Source: Cyanobacteria bacterium P01_F01_bin.150
Lineage (GTDB): Bacteria > Cyanobacteriota > Cyanobacteriia > CAKZMO01
DNA: 64,000 nucleotides
Assembly (NCBI GenBank): GCA_039189765.1
Contig: JBCCYL010000001.1
Span: 132,577 to 196,576, forward strand
Direction of reading: 5' to 3'
Shown here: positions 1 to 10,100 of the stretch, piece by piece
How positions within the stretch are numbered: position 1 is the stretch's first letter
How the letters are laid out: every line of letters starts with the position of its first letter
Translations under genes and position numbers: made by a program
The notes under the pieces: generated by a model
Databases searched by the model: none
What the model saw: only the letters and a program-made list of their open reading frames with translations
Told to the model about the DNA's origin: nothing

Positions 1-1
1 T

Positions 2-499
2 TTAGACCAAATCGTCTTTTTACCCCAGCGACCCTACATGGCATTGGGAACCCTGCGCCAACAGTTGATGTATCCTGTCACTCCATCTGCTTTAACTGGG
101 GATGAATCTGTGGATGAAGAGCTGCTCCAGCATATTCTTGAGCAGGTGAACCTACCATTTCTAAAAAAGCAGTATGATGGATGGGACTCTATTGAGAACT
201 GGTCGCAGATATTATCGGTGGGTGAGCAGCAACGGTTGGCGATCGCTCGTCTTCTCGTAACACGATCTTTACAAACTTCAATCCCAACCGACAATCAGAC
301 TAAGTCTCTGATATCACCAATAGTTACCAGCACCTATGCGATTTTAGATGAGGCCACCAGCGCCCTGGATCAAGACAATGAAGATCGACTCTATCAGACT
401 CTATTTGAGCATTCCATTACATATATAAGCGTAGGACATCGGCCTAATTTACAGCGCTATCATCACCATATTTTGACGTTGGATAGGCAAGAACCCTAA
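2..499 (+). CDS. C-terminal part of an ABCD/YddA-type ABC transporter (ATP-binding domain), 5' end outside the window
   Basis: The frame is open from base 2 (LDQIVFLPQRPYMALGTLRQQLMYP). It has the Q-loop FLPQRPY, signature LSVGEQQRLAIAR, Walker B/D-loop AILDEATSALD and H-loop SVGHR, typical of fused permease/ATPase ABCD-like transporters. Confidence 0.88.
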   Translation, partial: LDQIVFLPQRPYMALGTLRQQLMYPVTPSALTGDESVDEELLQHILEQVNLPFLKKQYDGWDSIENWSQILSVGEQQRLAIARLLVTRSLQTSIPTDNQTKSLISPIVTSTYAILDEATSALDQDNEDRLYQTLFEHSITYISVGHRPNLQRYHHHILTLDRQEP

Positions 500-630
500 A
501 GGAAAAGAGAGTAAAAGAAGGTGCCATCAGCTGTTTTTCTCCCAAAAAAATGTTATTTAATTTACATATTCTTTAAAAAGGGGACTTCCTCCCAGGAAAT
601 ACGGATGTTATCATGATCCTCAGCAACATG

Positions 631-649
631 ATTGGTAGTGATTCTCAGT
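631..649. promoter_or_regulatory. Putative Fur box upstream of P1
   Basis: ATTGGTAGTGATTCTCAGT matches 14 of 18 specified positions of ATTGAGAATnATTCTCAAT. It lies in AT-rich intergenic DNA about 500 nt before the P1 start. Confidence 0.55.
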
Positions 650-1147
650 AAGAATCACTTTTAGAGAGGTATCGATCGCTTTTTCCGAGCTTTTTTGTAG
701 TTCTCGTATATGTGGAAGGCTTACTCAGGCAGTTTATCTACCTGCTCTAGCTCTTTATTTATGCTTGGTACTTGTAAGAGCAAAAGAATGAGCTTTGAAT
801 GAGCGCTAATGGGATCGGATAGTTTGTTATCCCCAAATCGGAGGAACGTTGTTTTTTCCGAACCGTCATCCTTGAGAGAGTAGAGCGCGGTGAAAATGGA
901 TTGTATCTGTTGATGCTTATGTCCGAGTGTCGCAGTGTAATGGCGTGTGTCTGAGAAGATATCGCGCTGTTTGACATATTTAGTTCTTGGGAATAAGGTC
1001 TGCGAGCTCTGGTGGCGTCCTTAGTTTGAACGCTTCTGATGGCTGTGTGTGTCTGGAGCAATCGCCTCGTCATCACTAATCCCCCAAGAAGCATTAGAGG
1101 TCCGAGTATCAGTTCAGATTTGTGTTATTGCAAGAATAGGAGTAGCA

Positions 1148-4100
1148 ATGCCAGTCGTTAGTTTAAGTACAAGTACCAATTTCAGCGGGTCAGAAAACGC
1201 CCTAATTGAAAATGAAGGTACAGAGCTAACTCTCACATTTAGCCTTGATGAGCCAGCGCCTGCTGGAGGGCTAAAGGTCTACGTTGACAGTGATGTTCCA
1301 GAAATCCTAAATCGCCTCAATCTAATTTTGTTGGCGTTTGACCCTTCCAGATTATCTAATCTGACTGCCAGTCAAGCAGCCTTTACAGATTTTTCTAACA
1401 GTGGATTCACCGCCACCATTAATGCGGGTGCCACTGAAGCTTCGGTCACTGTTCCGGTTTTCGATACAAATGAGTCGACCCCTGATCCCTTTTTCCCGGA
1501 TACTTATGACGGATTAACGACAGCGACCTTTACGCTTAAGACGCGAGACCAGATCGACTCCGTTGACGAAACAAGTCCCAGAGGGAATACCGGAAACGAT
1601 TTGGCGGCGATAGAGAACGATGGCGTTCCCGTAAGTGACTACACCATTGGTACCGCGTCCAGCACCGTTCTATTTGTAGATGATGTCAGTCAGCTGCCTT
1701 CTGACCCCACACCCACACCCCCTCCCACACCCCCTCCCACACCCCCTTCGCCAGCGAACGGCTACGATGAAGCGACCAGTGGCGATATTTCTGATAATCC
1801 TTCTAATCCCATTGAGCTGGATCTTGCAGAAGGAACGACTCAATTGTCTGCAACGACAGGCGGTGGTGATCAGGAATATGTAACCGTAACGGTTCCTGAT
1901 GGCACTCAGCTTGATTCCATTACCGTGGACTCCTATTCCACTGGGGATGTGGCCTTTATCGGTGTTCAGGAAGGCAGCACCTTTACTGAGCCACTAGATA
2001 ATAGTGCTGATGTGGGTGAGCTGCTTGGCTATGCCTTGTTTGATAATGGCGACGAAGGGACTGACATTCTAGACAACATCGGTAGAGGTGATGGCGCAGA
2101 AGGGTTCACAGGTCCTTTGCCCAGCGGTACCTACACGTTTGCCCTTCAACAGTTGGGTGCCAGCAGCGACTACACTCTAGACTTTAATGTCTCTGAAGCG
2201 TCTGCTCCAACCCCCACTCCTCCTCCCACTCCAACCCCTACCCCTCCTCCTTCTGGTCCTCCGGTCGTCAGCTTTGAAGCTGTCCCGGCAACGATTTCTG
2301 AAGAAGCCCCCGCTGAGGATCGGCTGCTAAGGCTGGAGTTTTCTGTTGCTGGAGAAATTCCTGAAGGTGGTCTAGTAGTTCTCTTCGAAAACCTCTTTGG
2401 CATTACCGATCAGGCCGATAGCGAAGCTGAAGGAGCCGCCTTTGAAGGTTTAGGTCTAGCACCACCTTTTGACCAGGAAAATAATATTATCGGTATTCGC
2501 CTATTAGAAAACCAAGCTGCAATCCAGCTACCGATGATTAACGACTTGGTTGAGGAGACAACCACGTTTGACTTCCGCTTGCTTGAGGGCGAGGGCTATG
2601 AGCTTGATCCGGACCAGAATGCAACGCTGTTCACCATCACTGACGACAATGGTGGTCCCGGTGTTGGTCCGACCATCGGCTTATCGGTATCTGAAACCAA
2701 CCTGGCAGAAGGTGATACCTTTACGGTCAACTTTGCAGTTGATGGCACGATCCCAGCCGGGGGCATTGATGTCCTAGTAACAAGCGATGAAAGTGTTGCG
2801 GGTCCCCTTGGGCAGTTTGAATTGTCTAATCTTGAGACACTACAGCTCTCTGGTGTTAGCAACCTGCGCCCCGGAGACGACCGTGGTCAAAGCTTTATTG
2901 CCACTATCACTGAGGCTAATGCATCAATTACCCTATCTGTCTTTGATGACATTATTGCAGAGGAACCGGTTGACATTCCATTTATTTTAGCCAACGGTGA
3001 GCTTTACGAAGTAGACCCCAACGCGGCTGACGTAACCCTAACCATTTCTGATGAACCCCAACCCGTTGGTCCTACGGTTGGTATTTCCCTTGACAAGACC
3101 GACGCAGTTGAAGGGGATTCAGTCACTCTATCGTTCAATGTTGAAGGGGATATTCCTGACGGCGGCCTTACGGTTCTAGTTAACGACACCACTAGTGCTC
3201 GCACTGGTGCCAGAAGTCTAACTGAATTTGATATTGCCGGAGTTCAGCTCAGTGATGGCATTGATGGATTCCCCATTGCGGCTGAAGGCGACAGCGGTTT
3301 CTTCGTTACGTTAACTGCTGCAAATGCCAGCATCACTCTACCCGTAATTGATGACGGTGCAGATGAGGATGAGGCGCTAGAGATGTTCACCTTTGAGGTC
3401 ATTGATGGTGAAGCCTATGAAGTCAGTGCTGATGCGGGTAGCGTAACGCTAAATATCAGCGATGCGGCACCTGTTGCCCCAACGGTCAGCCTGAGCACTG
3501 ATGTGACTACGCTGATTGAATCCGAAGGGACGATTGTCACCTTTACCCTAGAAACATCCGGCACTCTTCCTGAGGTTGTCCTGGATGAGGATGGTGACTA
3601 TGTCTCCGGTGGGTTACCTGTAACATTGCAGATTGATTCGGCTCAACTTGAGTGGTTCTTTGACTTTGACAACAACAGCCGTCCACGGACAAACGCTGAA
3701 ACTGGTAGCTTCAATGAGGTTCTAGTCCTTGGCGATAACTCCACAGGTATTGCTGGCGGTCGCTTGATTGGTACATTGCTGCCACCCGATTTCAACACGG
3801 TGGAGCTGACTCTCACAGAGAGCACTGCGTCCTTCCAGTTTGAAGTCTTTGACGACGTATTTGCTGAAGCGAATGAGGACATTACGTTCACCTTGTTGGG
3901 TGGTGATGGCTACGAAGTCGCAGCAGACGCCACTCCTGTAACCCTGACCCTACAGGATAGTCCTGATGGAACAATTGACGGCACGACTCCTGTTGTTAGC
4001 CTATCCGTCGATAGCACTACTGTTGCAGAGGGAGACGCTCTAACGGTTACCTTTAACGTGACTGGCGATATTCCTGACGGCGGTCTTCTTGTCTTTGTTG

Positions 4101-7100
4101 ACAGTAATGCCTCTGGAGTACTGGGTGAGTTTAATCCAGACGAAGTTGTATTCACAGGCTTGGCGGCACCTCCAGGACCGGATACAGACGCGGGGGGTTT
4201 TGCTGCATTGATCAGTGAGAGCACCGCAACAATTACCCTACCGGTCTTTAAGGATGGTTTGGGAGAAGGGGTAGAGACTTACACCTTCAACATTGTGGAT
4301 GGTGAAGCCTACGATCCCGATCCGGCAGCTAGCGAAGTGACTCTTTCCATTGAAGAGACACCTCCAGTGATTTCCGTTGATTTAGTGGGCGGCGTATTTG
4401 ACGGCAGTGATTTGCTGACGCCTAATCTGGTTGAGGCTCCCGAAGCAGGCACACCCGTTTTGAGCGTTGTGGTTCAGTCTGATGCGCCTATCCCTGAAGA
4501 AGGATTGGTTGTTGATATCAATACTGATCTTGCCGATATCACTGAATTTGTTGAAGGCTCTAACTTTGTCCCCACAGCCTTTGGTGGCGAAGTCCTCGGT
4601 GCTATTTATGATGCCGACGGCAATGCAACTGGCTTGACGGTCAGAATGGATGCGTTTAATACCGTTATTAACTTTGTCGGTGGCTTAGGCCTAGAGGGCG
4701 ACGGCCCCCACGAGGTTAACTTCTCTGTGGAGCCAGGCGCAGGCTATACTCCGGCGGCTGATAGTGCTGGCATTACGGTCTATGACACGATTGACCAGGT
4801 TCCAGCGGTTACATCAGTTCCTGAAGTTGGCATCAATATTGCGGAGCAGCGTCGTCCCCTTTCCGAAGGTAGCGGTGCAATTACCGTGGACTTCACCGTT
4901 ACCGGTGACATTCCTGATGAGGGCGTTATCGTTTATGTCAGCACTGGAGAACGTGCTGGATTGGGCGATTTTGACTTGCTAAATGCAGGGGTTGTTGGCG
5001 GTACGTTCCCACCTCCCGATGGAAATGCAGGCGGCTTTTACTTCAAGATCACCGAGCCGACAGCTAGCATCACCTTGCAAGCGGCTGTGGATGATGAGAT
5101 TGAAGGGATTGAAGACGTTAACATTGCGATTCAGCCTCTATCTGGCTACACCATTGCTGATGGTGCGGGTGAAGCAACTGCACTGCTTCGCGAGGGCCGA
5201 GGCTCTGAGATTCAGATCAGCCTGGACGGGTCTCCCGATGTTCTGGTTGAGGAAGAGGGCACGGTTGCAACCGTTGAGCTGAGCTTGAGTGCTCCCCCTC
5301 CTGCGGAAGGGATAGAGGTCACGATTGATGCGGCTGAAATGATTGAGTTTGATCCTCAGACTCTAACCGTATCAGATGGTGTGATTCCGGTAAGCGCAAA
5401 TGAAGACAACACTAGCTTCACTATTCTTGTCCAGCAGCAGGACGTTAGCCTGAGCGTTGCGATCGCCAACGACGGTGAAGCAGAAGGTCTTGAAACCGCC
5501 ACCTTTAGTTTGGCAGAGGGAGAGGATTATCAAATCGATCCCGAGGCTGGGTCCAGCACCTTTACCATTGTGGATACTGCCGCTGATATTCCGGCTGCGC
5601 CTATCACTGAGAGCACCCGTAGCTCCCGTGATTCCATTGGTGACACCATTGCAGAGGCTGAATCCACTGGTTTAAGTGCTGACAACAGCCGCGTCACGGT
5701 TCAAGCCGCTATTAACGGTAACTTCTTTAATGGCGATCGGGTTCGCACCGATACCACTGAAGATGTGGATATGTATTCGGTGGAGCTATCTGCGGGTGAT
5801 GTATTGCGTCTTGATATTGATGCTCAAATCAACAGTGATGAATCTCCGGATACGGTGCTGCGGCTATTTGACGCCGATGGAAACCAGCTTGCTCAGAGCG
5901 ATGATGATTTTGCTCCCGATGAGCTGTTTGCTCCTGGTCGTCGCGATTCCTACATCGAGTTTACGGCTGAAACTGCTGGAACTTACTATGTGGGCGTCAG
6001 CAGCTTTGGTAATGGTCTCTTTGACTTCTGGACTAACGACGACGGCACGTTTGACAACGATTTCTACGATCCAAACGTAGCGGGTAGTGGTGCCGGTCGT
6101 AGCGACGGTCCATACACCCTAAATCTGTCCCTTAATGAAGCACCTAATGCAGCAGAAACTGAGATTCCTGCCAGCACGGGTGAAGGGCCAACGGTTTCTC
6201 TCTCAGCCACAGCTGCCACCTATGACAGCAGCGACAATCTGATTGCTAGCACTTTGGTTCAGTACACGCCGGAATTTAGAAACGCCTCTATTTTGACCCT
6301 GAGTCTTGATGTTGATGGTGAAATCCCTGAAGGCGGTGTTGAGACCTACATAACCACTGACGTTGACCTTTCTACCCTCTTTAGTACTAGCCAACCCTTC
6401 AGCTCAGAGGGCGTAGAAGTGCTTGGGGCAGTGTACGACGATGCAGGTGCCCCCGTTGGCTTGAAGGTGAATCTCACCACGGCAAGTGGCTTTATTAACC
6501 TCAACCTCATTGATCCTGAGGAAGCACCCACCGATGGTGAAGGGACGATTACCGTTACCCTGGAGCCTGCAGCTGGCTATACCGTGGGTGAAGGGACCTT
6601 CTCTGCCACTATCTACGACACGCTAGACGATGTACCTGATTTGCCAACGGTACCCACGGTTAGTATCTCCGTTAGTGAGACAACGTTAATTGAGTCTGAG
6701 GGCAATACTACAACCCTTACTTTTGAACTCAATGAGGCACCTCCAGCGGGTGGATTGACGATCAACGTCGACAGCGGTGTGCGTGCAGCCTTGGGTGAGT
6801 TTGACGTGTTTAATGCTGAGATTGAGGGCGGTAATTTCCCCTCCCCCAACTTCCGCGCCAGCGGTTTCTTCTTCACCATGACGGAGCAAACCGCAACTAT
6901 CACCCTAGCCGCCTTTGACGAAACCACTAATCCAGAAATCTCGGCTGAAAATGCACTAGAAGGAATTGATGAGTTTACGTTTACCGTGCAGCCAGGTGCT
7001 GGCTATGCCATTGCTCCCAATTCCAATGCGGTGACCGTAACCATCGCGGATAATCCTGACTCGGTTGTCCTGCCTGATGACGATGGTAACGACGACGGTG

Positions 7101-10100
7101 GCTCTGATGCTGGCGGTTTGACTGAGAGCGAATTTAACGACACCATTGCAGATGCGATGGACACTGGTCTTAGCTCGACGAGCCCAATCTTTAGAGTTAA
7201 TGGTGAGATTGATAACAGTCGTCAGACTCGCAACTTTGTTGATGCTACTGAGGACGTTGATATCTACGCCATCACTCTAGAGGCTGGCCAAGTGGTCATT
7301 CTAGACGTAGATGGCGGCGGTACTGGCGATGCGGGTGTAGAAGGGTCCTTGCTTGATAACATCCTGCGGGTGTTTGATGCAGATGGCAACGAAGTCGCTA
7401 TCAATGAAAATGGTGGTGCACCAGATGAAGTCTTCCAAGCTAACGGTGATGCTTATCTGGAGTTTGAAGCACCTGCGGCGGGTACCTACTATGTGGGAAT
7501 TAGCAACCTAGGTAACAACTTCTACGACCCCAACGTTCAAGCTAGCGGCAGCGGCTGGGAGTTTGAAGATCGCTTTGAGCCTGGTCCTTACAGATTTACG
7601 GCAACTCTGAAAGGGGCTGTTGCTAATGATAACGACAGCGTTAGCGGCAACGATGACACCATCGCCAACGCTCAGACTCTAGACCTAACGGCAGACAACC
7701 CCAACATCTTGGTTGAAGCGGCGTTTGAACAGCGCTATTTGGATCGTAGCAACACCGTGGATGCCACTGAAGATGTGGATATGTTTGCGGTCCAGCTACA
7801 AGCGGGTGATGTTATCACTGTCGATGCGGACTCTGTACTGGTTGACTTTGACGGCTTCCCCTCCGGCCCTGCTCCTGATATCACTATCTTTGACGCCAAT
7901 GGCGACAGAGTGGTAATTGGTCAAGATGAGAATGGTGAAGATATCGTTGCTTACTCCCGTATCGGTGGTGCTCCTGATGAGGCCTTTATTGCTGGACGCG
8001 ATGGCTATATCGAGTTCACAGCCCCTGAAACCGGCACGTACTACATCGGTGCATCCCAGTATCGTAACGATAGCTACGATGCAAACGTGGTAGGCAGTGG
8101 TTCCGGTGCGGTCTTTAGTCCTCGTTTCGGCGTTCTAGCGGGTGGTGAATACACTCTAAACATTCAGCTCAACCCCGAAGGGTTTACGGGTGACGTGTAC
8201 GAAGCATTCGACGGTACCCCTGCGGATGATGCACCTACGGTAAGTTTCACGACGACTGGTGGAACCTTTGCCCGTGGTGATGTCCTTGTCTCTGACCAGA
8301 TTATTGAGTCTGAGGATGCGGGTACGGCAATCCTTGACTTTACCTTCAATGTGGATGGTGAAATCCCTGAAGGTGGTCTAGAGGTGTTCGTCACTAGCGA
8401 CACTGACATGACTACCTACTTCGAGGGATTGTCTTCTAACCCACGGGTGGCAGTCGGTGGGGAAATCACTGGTGGTCTGTACAACACGGCAGGCGAACTG
8501 ATTGGCTTCAAGGCAGTATTAACGGCCAGCAATGCCCGGTTCCCCTACAATGCGGCCCATCGTGAAGATGATGACCCTACGGCACCAGAGACGCTGACCT
8601 TCTCCTTGGCAAGTGGTCCTGCTTACCAGGTAGATGACTCCTCTTCCTCTTCTGCGGTTACCTTCTACGACGACCTGACGCAAGTTCAGGCCAGTGGTGG
8701 CCCTGTCCCTGAAGTGGCGATCGCGGTCGATACCAACGAACTGATTGAGTCCGAAGGCACAGAATTGACGCTGACGGTGAACGTCACAGGCGACATTCCT
8801 GCCGAAGGTTTGTTGATCGCCATGGACGGTCAAGTCCCTGGCACAGAAGATTCAGCACGTGGCTTCCTGGGTGAGTTCGACGTATTCAACGCCGAAGTAA
8901 CTGGTGGTCCATTCCCATCTCCCAACGGCAGCGCCAGCGGCTTCTTCTTCCGCGTCTTTGAGAACACTGCAACGATTAAGCTACAGGTATTTGATGAGAC
9001 CACCAATGATCAGATTGCACCGGAAGATGCCCTGGAGGGTGTAGAGGACTTCACCTTCTCTGTATTGGCAAGCGATGCTTACACCATCGACGCAACCGCC
9101 AGTTCGGTAGACATCACCATCAAGGACAACCCTGATTCTGTGCCTTTGACAGATGATGGTGGCGATGGTGGCAACGGTGGTGACGGTGGTGCAACCGATG
9201 GTCCTATCACCGATAACGATGGTCGTAGCACTATTGATGACACCATTGAGACCGCTAATCCGACTGGTTTGAGTCCAAATCAGACTGAGGTTAGTATTGA
9301 AGGCTCCATTGCTGTTCGCTGGCGGAATGCGGCGGAACAACGGGCTGACAACACTGAAGACGTGGATATGTACTCCTTCGACTTGGCTGCGGGTGAAACC
9401 GTATCCATCGATGCGATGTCTGTACCGTTTGAGCTAGATGGCACCACCCAAGTGACGGCTCCTACGCTGCGAGTATTCAACGCTGCAGGTGAAGAGCTGG
9501 CCATCAGCGGTAGTGAAGTAGGTGGTCCTGTGGTAGCAGACCCCTCCCTTGAGTTCACTGCAACTGAAGCGGGTACCTACTATGTGGGTGTCTCCCAGTA
9601 TCTGAACGATAACTATGATCCAGCTGTAAATGCCAGTGGTGATGGTGTTCAGTTAGTGGATGAAGGCATTAGTCCTGGAGAATACACGCTCAATCTGTCA
9701 TTGACCACTGATCAGCCAGCGGTTCCTGTTATCAGCATCAACATTGAGCCAGACGTGCTGTCTGAGGAAGATGCCGATGATACGTTGGTTAGCGTCGGAT
9801 TTAACGTTGATGGCGAGATTCCAGAGGGTGGCCTATCGGTGCTTGTTACCGGCAGCGTCAATATCCTTGACCAGGCAGATGGCGCACGGGACATCGTGTT
9901 TGATAATGCGGTTCTTGGTGAGTTCTTCGATCCTGCTACTGGTACTTTTGAAGTCATTGTTTCCGATAACAGTGGAGCAATCATTCTGCCTATCTTGAAC
10001 GACATTATTCAGGAAGCGGATGAGGATTATACCTTCACCATCATTGAGAACGATGGGTCCATCGACTCCACCTATGCGGTCGATGCAGATGCTAGCACTG

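Noticed and set aside
1..499. ABC gene as the type I exporter for the giant proteins
   Set aside because: Its motifs (FLPQRPY, LSxGEQQR, SVGHR) are ABCD/YddA-type rather than HlyB-type, and no HlyD or TolC gene is in the window.
759..1094. 111-aa minus-strand ORF, and similar small intergenic ORFs at 12124, 12182, 20702, 31829 and 47341
   Set aside because: No recognisable motifs or RBS, and they lie within probable leader or regulatory DNA.
1049..1147. N-terminal extension of P1 from the ORF track (possible signal peptide)
   Set aside because: AGGAG precedes ATG 1148 and homology to P3 begins there, so the extension is probably untranslated.
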